A DNA stretch of 64,000 nt. It comes from Eubacteriales bacterium. GTDB lineage: Bacteria > Bacillota > Clostridia > Oscillospirales > CAG-272. Each line of letters begins with the position of its first letter. Position 1 is the stretch's first letter. The position numbers were made by a program, and so were the translations under genes. Shown one piece after another: positions 26,604-37,338 of this stretch. The DNA lies in NCBI GenBank assembly GCA_045598385.1, contig JAZLLY010000028.1, positions 1,500 through 65,499 on the forward strand, written 5' to 3'. The notes beneath the pieces were generated by a model. That model had not been told where the DNA came from and made no database searches. It was given only the letters and a program-made list of their open reading frames with translations.

Positions 26604-26729
26604 CGAAAAATGTTATCTTTTGTTTGCTTTTTTTGTTATTTTGTTCATGTTCTTCCGTTTTCGTGCGTCGGCGCAAGCATCCTCTGCTTCGTATTAGGAT
26701 GCGTCACTTTGCGCCAAAGTACGAGCGTT

Positions 26730-27605
26730 TTATTCTTCGATAAAGTCCTCGCCGCACAGTTTCACGAGAAGTTCCTGCAAATCGTCGTTGTCCTCGTAGA
26801 AGAGGGTGATGGCTTTGTTCTTGCCTTTGCTCTCAATGCGGACCTGTCTGCCGAGCGTTCTCTCGACACGTCTTTCAAGTTCTCTGAAATAATCGACGAT
26901 CGGCGCTTTTTCTTCCTCTTTTGTCTCGCGCTTCTTTTTCCCGGCTTTTTTGACGGCGGCTTCCACCTCGCGCACCGAGAGTTTTTCATCTACGCATTTA
27001 CGGGCGAGCGCGACCATCTCCTCCTCGCTGCCGAGAGCGAGAAGCGTTCTCGCGTGTCCCGCGGAGAGATCCCCAGCGATCACCAGGGAAACGACTTCTT
27101 GCGGCAGATCCAGAAGACGCATGGCGTTTGCGATCGCGCTGCGGCTCTTTCCGACCGTCGCGGACAGTTCTTCCTGCGTCATACCGTATTCTTCGGCGAG
27201 CGAGCGATATCCCGCCGCTTCTTCCATCGGATTGAGGTCTTCGCGCTGAATATTCTCCACGAGCGCGATCTCCGCCGTCTTTTTATCGTCCTTGTCCAAC
27301 ACAATGGCGGGAATGGACGTCAGTTCGGCGAGTTTGGAAGCGCGAAAACGGCGCTCTCCGGCGATGATCTGATACCGCCCGGAAGGCATTTCACGCACCA
27401 GAATCGGCTGAAACAGTCCGTTGGCGCGTATAGACTGTGCCAAAGACTCCAACGCCTCTTTATCAAAGGATTTTCGGGGTTGGTCCGCACGGGGATCAAT
27501 AAGCGATACGGGCAGTTCTTTTACGCCTCCGTTTTCGCTTTTCTCGGTTTCGTTGTCCAGAAAAATGGCGTCAAGCCCTCTGCCGAGTCCGCTGTTCTTT
27601 TTCAT
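26730..27605 (-). CDS. spo0J: ParB/Spo0J chromosome partitioning protein
   Basis: GLGRGLDAIF, the ParB box IIAGERRFRASK, LVENIQREDLNPMEEA, and the HTH GMTQEELSATVGKSRSAIAN. The start is at ATG 27605 with a GGAGG RBS. The track start 27713 is unsupported. Confidence 0.93.
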   Translation of the reverse strand: MKKNSGLGRGLDAIFLDNETEKSENGGVKELPVSLIDPRADQPRKSFDKEALESLAQSIRANGLFQPILVREMPSGRYQIIAGERRFRASKLAELTSIPAIVLDKDDKKTAEIALVENIQREDLNPMEEAAGYRSLAEEYGMTQEELSATVGKSRSAIANAMRLLDLPQEVVSLVIAGDLSAGHARTLLALGSEEEMVALARKCVDEKLSVREVEAAVKKAGKKKRETKEEEKAPIVDYFRELERRVERTLGRQVRIESKGKNKAITLFYEDNDDLQELLVKLCGEDFIEE

Positions 27606-27943
27606 GATTCCTCCATTGCCAAAAGGCACTTTTATTTGCCCGATTTCGACGGTTGTTTGCCGCGATGGGCATTCTTTTTTGTTTATCGACGTATTCAAAC
27701 ACGGCTTTTCCACAATTGCCGTGTGGAAAATGTGATTTTGTCACGGATTATCTATCGGATTTTCCTCTTCTCCATGATTTCCGCGCATTTACACGGTCAA
27801 TCCACGGGATTTCATCGCGTTTTCCACGGGTTTGGCACTGAGTTGCGCTTTCGCTCGTGGTTTCATGGCAAATCCGAATACGCTCCGATTTTCCATTTTC
27901 TTCCATTTTTAGGCGTTCAAAAAGGATTTTTTTGTTACGGCTT

Positions 27944-28705
27944 TCAGATACGGAGCATCAATTCCTTGGCGACCGCAGCGTATTCAAGAGATCCTTTTCC
28001 GTATGGATCGTGATAGCAGATCGGTTCTCCGAAGCCCGGCGCCTCGGAAAGTCTCACGGTACGCGAGATCGGAACCTTGAAAAGTTTATCTTCGTAATAC
28101 TTCTTCAATTCCGCGACCACCTGCCCCGTCAACGTCAAGCGGGCATTATACATCGTCAGAAGGATTCCGACGAGAGCAAGAGACGGATTGCGGTTCTGAC
28201 GGATACGTTTGATCGTGTTCATGAGCTGCGTCATGCCCTCGAGAGAGTAAAACTCGCATTGCATCGGGACGACAACGCCGTCGGCAACGGTCAGCGCCTC
28301 GACGGTCAGCATACCGAGCGACGGCGGACAGTCGATCAATATGTAATCATAATCGTTTTTGATGGATTCAAAGGCGTTTTTGGTAAAATGAACGTCCGAA
28401 TCCATGTCGTGAAGCTCAATTTCCGCCCCGGCAAGATCAATTCCGGAGGGAACGAGGTCAAGATACTCATATTTGCTATGCATAACGGCATCGCGCATCG
28501 AGCATTCTCCGATAACGACACGATACACCGAGCGGCTTTCCGGGAACTTGTAAACGCCAAGCCCGCTCGTGGCGTTCCCTTGAGGATCCATATCTACGAG
28601 AAGGACTTTTTTGCCTTTCTTCGCGATAGCGGCGGCGATATTTACGCATGAAGTTGTCTTTCCGACGCCTCCTTTTTGATTAGAAAACGCAATAATTTTT
28701 CCCAT
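27944..28705 (-). CDS. soj: ParA/Soj ATPase
   Basis: Deviant Walker A NQKGGVGKTT, then VLLVDMDPQGN and ILIDCPPSLG. Confidence 0.95.
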   Translation of the reverse strand: MGKIIAFSNQKGGVGKTTSCVNIAAAIAKKGKKVLLVDMDPQGNATSGLGVYKFPESRSVYRVVIGECSMRDAVMHSKYEYLDLVPSGIDLAGAEIELHDMDSDVHFTKNAFESIKNDYDYILIDCPPSLGMLTVEALTVADGVVVPMQCEFYSLEGMTQLMNTIKRIRQNRNPSLALVGILLTMYNARLTLTGQVVAELKKYYEDKLFKVPISRTVRLSEAPGFGEPICYHDPYGKGSLEYAAVAKELMLRI

Positions 28706-28936
28706 AAATGATAATTCTCCTCAAAAATGATAGTGATATTGATAAAATCAAGCAAATAATGCAAAAAGTGTATACCAAACAAGCAAGAACCGTGAAATTC
28801 GCTTCAAAAAGCACAAACAACAGCCAGCAGATACAAACGAAGAGTCAAACAAGCAGAAATATATGGTAAAACCACGTTTTAATGTCATATTATACCATAA
28901 TATATCAGATTTTGTCAATATAAAGAGCAAAAATGA

Positions 28937-28952
28937 TTGTTTCACGTGAAAC
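28937..28952. promoter_or_regulatory. parS: parS site 1
   Basis: TGTTTCACGTGAAACA is a perfect match to the parS consensus TGTTNCACGTGAAACA. It extends to an 18-bp palindrome (28936-28953). Confidence 0.9.
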
Positions 28953-29062
28953 AATCGCATGACGGCTGCGTTTTTTGCTAAAAAGCGAACAAAAAAGACG
29001 ATTTTGAAGAATCCGAAAGGCAAAAAAGGGTTTTCAAGCAAAAAACGCATTAAACAGAAATA

Positions 29063-29078
29063 TTGTTTCACGTGAAAC
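29063..29078. promoter_or_regulatory. parS: parS site 2
   Basis: A second identical TGTTTCACGTGAAACA, 126 bp from the first. Confidence 0.9.
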
Positions 29079-29578
29079 AACAAAAAATGAAAAAATCCGC
29101 TCAAAAAGCGGATGGATCATATAAAAAGAGGAGAAAACGGGTTAAAAACGAGAGTGTAACGGCCAAATGTATGAAAAAATACGGTAAATATATAATTTAT
29201 AGAAAAAACGAATTTGAGAACAAGATTATTCGCAAAAAAGAGAAAATCAGCAATTTGAAAGTCTGAAATATATAATACGATTTGGGAAGTTGATTCCGGC
29301 ATCAAATACTGTTAAAAAGTAAAAACAATGCGATCCACCATAAAAAAACAGGTCTTTTTTCTGTAAAATGACGGCAAAATGTTAAATTTTAAGAGGGTCT
29401 TTTCACTAAAAATATTGTGATTTTTTCTCAATTAGCAACAATCTTGTTTTCTGCCGTGCTTTTTCTTTCGGTTTTATATTTTTTAAGTTAGATATTTAAG
29501 CCGGGGCGGGAGTTTTTTGGGCAATTTTCCTTTCTTTTCGGTATTTTGTCTTTGTTAACCGATAATATCGGATAAATC

Positions 29579-29607
29579 TTGCAATTCACTTGCAAGTAGG
29601 TTATAAT
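29579..29607 (+). promoter_or_regulatory. Candidate promoter of the histidine phosphatase gene
   Basis: TTGCAA-17 nt-TATAAT. Confidence 0.55.
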
Positions 29608-29630
29608 GAATGGAAAGATAAGGAGCCAAA

Positions 29631-30278
29631 ATGATAACTACCATCTACTTGATACGACACGGCGAAAGCGAGGCAAACGAAACTGCCGTGTTTGCCGGAA
29701 GCGCCGAATATTTTCTGACAAAAAAGGGAATTAAGCAAGCCGAGGTAACGGCAAAGGTTCTTTCCAAAGCACCTGTTACCGCGATTTACTCTTCTCCGCT
29801 CTTGCGAGCCAGAAGAACGGCGGAACCTTTTTCCTCGGCATTTCATTGTCCGGTTATCGTGGATAACGAACTGCGGGAAGTATTTTGCGGGGATTGGGAG
29901 CGTATGCCTTACGCGGAAATCGAGAAAAAATATCCCGATCTTTTCCCGACACCCTGGTATCAGAACTTCGGAGAAGCAGCCGCCCCGAATGGAGAAAGCG
30001 TCACGGAAGCAGGAAAACGGTTTTGGAACGCCGCCAAAAGAATCGCAGAAAAACATCCCGGCGAATCCGTTCTCATCACTTCACACGCAGGTGTGATACG
30101 TTCCTTTTACGGAATCGTGGCAGGAATCGCGCCGAAGGATTTAGGACATGCTCTGCCATTCCCCACGAACGCGTCCTACAGTATCGTCACCTATGAAAAC
30201 GGTGCTTTTTATCCCGTTATTTATTCGGAAGACAGCGAGTTAAAAGCGGCAGACATGGTTACAGCTCTCAAGCAATAA
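29631..30278 (+). CDS. Histidine phosphatase family protein (phosphoglycerate mutase/CobC-like)
   Basis: LIRHGESEAN is the RHG catalytic motif. SSPLLRARRTAEP and TSHAGVIR follow. Confidence 0.85.
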   Translation: MITTIYLIRHGESEANETAVFAGSAEYFLTKKGIKQAEVTAKVLSKAPVTAIYSSPLLRARRTAEPFSSAFHCPVIVDNELREVFCGDWERMPYAEIEKKYPDLFPTPWYQNFGEAAAPNGESVTEAGKRFWNAAKRIAEKHPGESVLITSHAGVIRSFYGIVAGIAPKDLGHALPFPTNASYSIVTYENGAFYPVIYSEDSELKAADMVTALKQ

Positions 30279-30356
30279 TTCTCACATAATTAGGTGAAAT
30301 CACTCAAATATCACTATATTTGCGCATATTTGTTTGCATTTTGCGCATGAAAGGAG

Positions 30357-30384
30357 ATCGGCAATAATCGTCTGCCGATTTTTA
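30357..30384 (+). terminator. Terminator after the phosphatase gene
   Basis: ATCGGCAataatcgtcTGCCGATTTTT. Confidence 0.65.
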
Positions 30385-30392
30385 CAGAACGT

Positions 30393-30932
30393 ATGATTTG
30401 TTTTTCCGACGCTATTATTTCCTACGTAAAAGAATCCGTCCTGAAGATCGGCGGCGGTTGCGGAATCTCATTCAACTTCCCGCCGCAAACGCTGAAAGCT
30501 CTTTTCGGCGACCGGAATATGTCGGACGAAAAATACGCAGAAGCGTGTCGAGAGGAAGTTGCGCGTTTCTCTTTTGGCAAACTGTCGTTTACATCTATGC
30601 GCGACTTGACCGTCGTTTCGATAGATGAAGCCGGCGTCGCCGCCATTCTCTCGCTTCCGCAAACCGAGAACGACGCGTTCGTCGGTGAACTGATCGCTCT
30701 GACCGCAGTCCCCGATGCCGACGCAAATGCCGTCCACGCTCTTTTTCGGCGTTATGCGTCCGACGTCTTCTCTATTCCCGGCATTGACGGCGAGTTCGAT
30801 GAGGCGCTCTGTTTTGACGTTTTTGATCCGTTTTGCTACTGTTTTTCCTACGAGCCGGACGGGATACACTATCACCGTCTCCTCAAAGATGATTTTGACG
30901 CGACGTATCCGGGGCTGCTTCCCCGTTTTTGA
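30393..30932 (+). CDS. Hypothetical protein (no recognisable domain)
   Basis: 179-aa ORF whose G/C-rich third positions match neighbouring genes. Neither the 30393 ATG nor the internal ATG at 30519 (MSDEKY) has a clear RBS. It starts 9 nt after a terminator. Confidence 0.4.
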   Translation: MICFSDAIISYVKESVLKIGGGCGISFNFPPQTLKALFGDRNMSDEKYAEACREEVARFSFGKLSFTSMRDLTVVSIDEAGVAAILSLPQTENDAFVGELIALTAVPDADANAVHALFRRYASDVFSIPGIDGEFDEALCFDVFDPFCYCFSYEPDGIHYHRLLKDDFDATYPGLLPRF

Positions 30933-31078
30933 TATTTGTACGACTTTCTGTCAATTGTTTTTTGCTTGGTCGGCAGTTTTTTTCGACCTCGTTATTTTCT
31001 TTTTTGCGTTTTTTGGTTTTTATTGTATCTACTTATTTGTATTTATATTGGTTATTTATATAGGGACATCCCGTAATG

Positions 31079-31109
31079 GCAGAGCGGCAAACGCCGTTCT
31101 GCTTTTTTT
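31079..31109 (+). terminator. Rho-independent terminator about 150 nt after the hypothetical gene
   Basis: GCAGAGCGGCaaacGCCGTTCTGC followed by seven T. Confidence 0.7.
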
Positions 31110-31112
31110 CGT

Positions 31113-31234
31113 GCGGTATCCGCTTTTCCACCCCACGTTTTCACATTTGATCTGCCGTCGGCTACCGTTTCGTCTGCGGCGGCATCCGCTTTTTCACGCC
31201 CCCGTTTTCACATTCGATCACATTCAATCTGCCG
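31113..31234. repeat. Two imperfect ~45-55 bp direct repeats
   Basis: R1, 31113-31157: GCGGTATCCGCTTTTCCACCCCACGTTTTCACATTTGATCTGCCG. R2, 31179-31234: GCGGCATCCGCTTTTTCACGCCCCCGTTTTCACATTCGATCACATTCAATCTGCCG. Confidence 0.7.
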
Positions 31235-31353
31235 ATCCGTCGTTTTATGACGGTTTTTCCCGAAAAACAACCTGCCGAGCGCTCTGAAATTAGCACTTGA
31301 AGTCCTCGGGGCACAAAAAAGTATAAAAAATATAATTTTTTTGATTAAAATCC

Positions 31354-31382
31354 TTGACATATCATCAAAATAGGAGTATATT
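31354..31382 (+). promoter_or_regulatory. Sigma-A promoter of the hrcA-grpE-dnaK-dnaJ operon
   Basis: TTGACA-17 nt-TATATT. Confidence 0.6.
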
Positions 31383-31395
31383 ATAGGCAAGTTTG

Positions 31396-31422
31396 TTAGC
31401 ACTCTGCAATTATAAGTGCTAA
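31396..31422. promoter_or_regulatory. CIRCE operator (HrcA binding site)
   Basis: TTAGCACTC-TGCAATTAT-AAGTGCTAA against the consensus TTAGCACTC-N9-GAGTGCTAA, with one mismatch. It lies between the -10 and the hrcA start. Confidence 0.9.
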
Positions 31423-31444
31423 ACTGTAGTGAGGAGGCGTTCTT

Positions 31445-32536
31445 TTGGAAGACAACCGTCTGACACCGAGGAAAAGACAGATCCTGTACGCCATTGTGGA
31501 TGCACACATCAACAACGGCGAACCGGTCGGCTCGAAATTTCTGTCCCGCGACGTGAAGATTTCCTGCTCTCCGGCGACGATCCGTAACGAAATGGCAGAT
31601 CTCGAAGATATGGGCTATCTGACACAGCCGCACACTTCGGCAGGCCGCGTTCCCTCCGAACTTGCTTACCGTTTTTACGCCGATTCTCTGATCCGTCAGT
31701 ACAGCGCGACGCGCAGCGAGATCGACGAGATCAACGAGAAGCTCCGCAACAAACTCAGCGAGATGGACGCGATCCTCGAAGAAGTGTCCCGTCTCGCCGC
31801 AAATTTCACCGATTATACCGGTTTTGCGTTCAAGACCGGATCCGGAGCCGTCCGAGTCCGCAAATACGAGACCGTATATATTTCTCCGCGTGAGTTTTTG
31901 CTCGTGATGATGTTCTCCGACGACGTCGTGAAAGCCAAAACCGTCCGTCTTCCGTTCCCGATTGAGCCGGATGATCTTTCCCGCTTCTCGGAGGCGCTCA
32001 ACACGTTCCTCGTCAACCTGACAAGCCGCGAGATCTCCATGCCCGTCATCGTGCGGATGGAAGCCGTGATGGGTAATCAGAGCGCCATGGTCCACCCCGC
32101 AGTCAAGGTCATTTACGAGTGCATGAACGAGATGGATACCGCAGATATCAAGATCGACGGCGTGAACAAGCTGCTCCGCTATCCCGAATACGCGGACGTC
32201 GATAATCTGCGCGATCTTATCAGCATGATCGAAGAGAAAAACACCCTCGTGGATACGATCACTGCCCGCGACGAGGAAGAAAGCGACAACGATCTGCATA
32301 TCTTTATCGGCAGAGAGAGCGAAGACGGCGCCATGAGCAAAACGACCGTGATATATAAAAATATAGATATCGGCGGCAAAAAGCTCTCGGTCGGCGTCAT
32401 CGGTCCGAAACGCATGAATTATACGAAAGTCATCGGTATGATCAACTCTCTGGCATCCGGCATAGACCGCCTGTTCAACGACGGGCACAGTCTTCCGATG
32501 CTTTACCGGCTTGACAGTGAAAATAAAGAACGTTGA
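31445..32536 (+). CDS. hrcA: Heat-inducible transcription repressor HrcA
   Basis: LTPRKRQILYAIVDAHINNGEPVGSKFLS...SPATIRNEMADLEDMGYLTQPHTSAGRVP. TTG start. Confidence 0.93.
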   Translation: MEDNRLTPRKRQILYAIVDAHINNGEPVGSKFLSRDVKISCSPATIRNEMADLEDMGYLTQPHTSAGRVPSELAYRFYADSLIRQYSATRSEIDEINEKLRNKLSEMDAILEEVSRLAANFTDYTGFAFKTGSGAVRVRKYETVYISPREFLLVMMFSDDVVKAKTVRLPFPIEPDDLSRFSEALNTFLVNLTSREISMPVIVRMEAVMGNQSAMVHPAVKVIYECMNEMDTADIKIDGVNKLLRYPEYADVDNLRDLISMIEEKNTLVDTITARDEEESDNDLHIFIGRESEDGAMSKTTVIYKNIDIGGKKLSVGVIGPKRMNYTKVIGMINSLASGIDRLFNDGHSLPMLYRLDSENKER

Positions 32537-32544
32537 GGGATAAC

Positions 32545-33096
32545 ATGGCAGAAGAACTGAAAAAAGAACAAAAGACCGGCAAGGACGTCGGCAAAGAAGA
32601 AAAGAAAGAACAAAAAGGCAAGGTGAAAGAAGCGTCAAAGGATGACGCCGAAGCGCTGAAAGCAGAGATCGAAAAGCTGAAAGCCGAGCTCAAGGAAAAA
32701 GACGACAGATATCTGCGCATGGCTGCCGAATACGACAATTTCAGAAAGCGCTCCGCCGCCGAAAAGGACGCGGTTTACGACAACGCCCTGTCCGATACGG
32801 TAAAGAAATTGTTGCCGATGATCGACAATCTCGAACGCGCCGTTGCCTTTGAAGACGGCGAAAAAGTAAAGGACGGTTTACAAATGACGCTGAAAACGAC
32901 CGCGTCTGTGCTTTCCGATCTTCGTGTCGAGGCATTCGGTTCCGTTGGTGATACTTTCGATCCCGCGCTTCACAATGCCGTGATGCACGAGGAAGACGGG
33001 GAAAAGGGCGAGGGCGAGATCGTCGAGGTGTTCCAGAAAGGATACAAAAAAGGCGACAAGGTCATTCGCTTCGCGATGGTCAAGACGGTCAACTGA
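32545..33096 (+). CDS. grpE: Nucleotide exchange factor GrpE
   Basis: YLRMAAEYDNFRKR and FDPALHNAVMHEE. I prefer the ATG at 32545 because of a GAGGGA RBS. Confidence 0.93.
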   Translation: MAEELKKEQKTGKDVGKEEKKEQKGKVKEASKDDAEALKAEIEKLKAELKEKDDRYLRMAAEYDNFRKRSAAEKDAVYDNALSDTVKKLLPMIDNLERAVAFEDGEKVKDGLQMTLKTTASVLSDLRVEAFGSVGDTFDPALHNAVMHEEDGEKGEGEIVEVFQKGYKKGDKVIRFAMVKTVN

Positions 33097-33189
33097 AAAA
33101 CCGTCGGCATCCGATCAACAGACGGCGGCATGACGCCGCGCGTTTCTTACGAAAGAAACGGATTATTTATGGAAATTACTTATCAGTAA

Positions 33190-35100
<1,911 letters not shown>

Positions 35101-35181
35101 ATGATTTTGGCAAAATGCAAACAATACTTTGCATTTTGCCTTATTTAAGAAAGCAAAAGCTGATTTCAGCTTGGAGAAACT

Positions 35182-36327
35182 ATGGCAGATACTAAACGCG
35201 ATTATTACGAAGTCCTCGGCGTTGACAAGAACGCTTCGGATGAAGTCATCAAAAAAGCGTACCGTTCCCTCGCCAAAAAATATCACCCGGATATGAATCC
35301 GGGCGACAAAGCGGCAGAGGCAAAGTTCAAAGAAGTCAACGAGGCCTACGACGTGCTTTCGGACGCCGATAAGCGTGCCAAATACGATCAGTTCGGTCAC
35401 GCCGCTTTCGATCCCTCCGCCGGCGGCGGTGCAGGATTCGGAGGTTTCGGCGGATTCGGCGGCGACGGCTTCGATTTCGGCGACATCTTCTCTTCTTTCT
35501 TCGGCGGAAGCGCGGGATCCTCCCGTTCCCGCTCCAATATGGCGGCGGACGGCGACGATATTCTCGCCCGCGTGACGATTACGTTCGAGGAAGCGGCGTT
35601 CGGCTGCAAAAAAGAAGTGTCGTTCAGCCGTATTGAGGGTTGCGCCGAATGCGGCGCGACGGGTGCCGCCAAGGGAACGAAGCCCGAGACCTGCTCCGCC
35701 TGCCGTGGCACGGGACGCGTAACCGTTCAGCAACAGACGATGCTCGGCTATATGCAGACGCAGCGCCCCTGTCAGAACTGCCGCGGTACCGGAAAAATCG
35801 TGAAAACGCCCTGCAAGAACTGTAACGGCAAAGGGTACATAAAGATCAACAAGAAGCTCGACGTAACGATCCCGGCAGGCATCGCCTCCGGGCAGCGCAT
35901 CGTCCTGCGCGGGCAGGGGTCCGCCGGAAGAAACGGCGGTCAGAACGGCGATCTCGTGATCGACGTCCGCGTCAAGGAACACGAGTTCTTCACGAGGGAG
36001 GGGAACAACATCTATTGTGACGTTCCCGTCACCTTTGCCGAAGCAACGCTCGGCGCCGAGATCTCCATTCCCACGCTGGAGGGAAAAACGGACAAATTCA
36101 AGATCCCGGAGGGTACGGGAACCGGAACAAGCTTCACGCTTCGGGGAAAAGGCATCGCGGATATCAATACCAAGCGCCGCGGTGATCTCGTCGTGACGGT
36201 CGTTATTGATACGCCGCAGAATCTTTCCCAAAAGCAGAAAGAATTGCTCCTCGCCTTTTCGGAATCTCTCGGAGAATCCAACAACAAAAAAACCTCGGGA
36301 TTTTTCAAAAAATTATTCAAAAAATAA
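35182..36327 (+). CDS. dnaJ: Molecular chaperone DnaJ
   Basis: J domain with [11 protein letters not shown], a G/F-rich region, and four CxxCxGxG zinc-finger repeats. Confidence 0.97.
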   Translation: MADTKRDYYEVLGVDKNASDEVIKKAYRSLAKKYHPDMNPGDKAAEAKFKEVNEAYDVLSDADKRAKYDQFGHAAFDPSAGGGAGFGGFGGFGGDGFDFGDIFSSFFGGSAGSSRSRSNMAADGDDILARVTITFEEAAFGCKKEVSFSRIEGCAECGATGAAKGTKPETCSACRGTGRVTVQQQTMLGYMQTQRPCQNCRGTGKIVKTPCKNCNGKGYIKINKKLDVTIPAGIASGQRIVLRGQGSAGRNGGQNGDLVIDVRVKEHEFFTREGNNIYCDVPVTFAEATLGAEISIPTLEGKTDKFKIPEGTGTGTSFTLRGKGIADINTKRRGDLVVTVVIDTPQNLSQKQKELLLAFSESLGESNNKKTSGFFKKLFKK

Positions 36328-36447
36328 TTTGCCCAAAAAGTAGAAAGAATTGCTCTTCGCCTTTTCGGAATCTATCGGAGAATCCAACAACAAAAAAACC
36401 TCGGGATTTTTCAAAAAATTATTCAAAAATTAATTTGCCCAAAAAGC
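36236..36447 (+). repeat. Tandem duplication (2 x 106 bp) of the dnaJ 3' end
   Basis: Copy 1 (36236-36341) holds the last ~30 codons of dnaJ, its stop codon and 14 nt beyond. Copy 2 (36342-36447) differs at three positions (CTCCTC/CTCTTC, TCTCTC/TCTATC, AAAAAATAA/AAAAATTAA). Confidence 0.9.
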
Positions 36448-36455
36448 AAAACAAA

Positions 36456-36482
36456 AAAGCGGTCGAAAGACCGCTTTTCTGT
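36456..36482 (+). terminator. dnaJ operon terminator
   Basis: AGCGGTCgaaaGACCGCT followed by TTTTCT. Confidence 0.7.
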
Positions 36483-36594
36483 ATTTATGTCAATATATGT
36501 TTACTTTTTGTGGGCTTCGTTTTGATTTCTTTTGTCAAAAGCTGCCGGGCGATGCAAACAGAAAACGGGTGTTTTCGTCACGCCGACCGCAAAA

Positions 36595-37269
36595 TCAAAC
36601 CGTGGCGGTGGATTCCGGGAGCGGCGATTTCGTCCTCGCCAACGTCACGACGGCGTCCGGCAAATCCGGCAGAGCGACCGATAAGGTTTCCAGCGTTTGC
36701 TTCAGTTGACAAAGGAGCGTGATGGCGGCAAAACCACCGCCGTCGCACTTCATCAGGGCTTCCGCCTTGGTAAATGCCCTGGCGTAGGCGTACTCGCCGG
36801 ATTCTTCGGGAATCTCCGTGTAGGAACAGGGAGAAAGCAGGCGCTCGTTGTCGAGAACTTCGACACGGTAAAACGACACCTGGTCGGAAGAAAGAGACAA
36901 TCCTTTGTAAATATCGTGAACGAATCTGCCGACGACCTGCGAAATCTTCGCTTTTCGCGCCTCGGTAGCAAAAAGAATATCCACGCCGCAGGGTACGTCC
37001 GATACGGCAAGGACGACGGTATTTTCATCGTGAGAAAGGGAAATAAACGGTCCGCCCTCGTAATACGGCTTTCCGGCTTTATTGTAAAGCACATCGTCCC
37101 TGCCCGTCACGTTTTTCATCATATAATGACCGCAAAGAGAGAGCAGGAAATCCCGCTCTCTTTTTCTTTTGCGGCAATGCTCCGCCTCACCCTCGGAAAG
37201 CGTGGATAACATAGTATCCCGCATCTCCGGTGATACGGTGTCAATCGTCATATAATAAACGTCTAACAT
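36595..37269 (-). CDS. 4'-phosphopantetheinyl transferase superfamily protein (Sfp-like, divergent)
   Basis: ISLSHDENTVVLAVSDVPCGVDIL resembles the (F/I)SxSHSxxxxxxA...GxDIE motif. FTKAEALMK resembles the W/FxxKEAxxK motif. The start is uncertain because no RBS precedes either ATG. No carrier-protein gene is nearby. Confidence 0.5.
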   Translation of the reverse strand: MLDVYYMTIDTVSPEMRDTMLSTLSEGEAEHCRKRKRERDFLLSLCGHYMMKNVTGRDDVLYNKAGKPYYEGGPFISLSHDENTVVLAVSDVPCGVDILFATEARKAKISQVVGRFVHDIYKGLSLSSDQVSFYRVEVLDNERLLSPCSYTEIPEESGEYAYARAFTKAEALMKCDGGGFAAITLLCQLKQTLETLSVALPDLPDAVVTLARTKSPLPESTATV

Positions 37270-37338
37270 ATAATTTTGACAATAATCCTTGTCATTTTTC
37301 TCTGTTTATCTGACAAAAGCGTTTGAATACGGGTTCCG

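Noticed and set aside
28748-29266. ORFs inside the AT-rich island: a 118-aa Phe-rich ORF (minus strand) and a 67-aa Lys-rich ORF (plus strand).
   Set aside because: Their compositions simply mirror the A/T runs. Neither has an RBS. Both run straight through the parS palindromes, giving the FHVKQ motif twice. Their codon usage is unlike every real gene here.
28706-29630. The AT-rich island as the replication origin.
   Set aside because: I could find no TTATCCACA-like boxes in it. The dnaA-dnaN spacer is a better, though still weak, candidate.
30715-31287. A 190-aa plus-strand ORF spanning the end of the hypothetical gene, the T-rich tract, the terminator and the direct repeats.
   Set aside because: It is out of frame with the better-supported ORF. 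It reads through a strong terminator hairpin and has no start-site signals.
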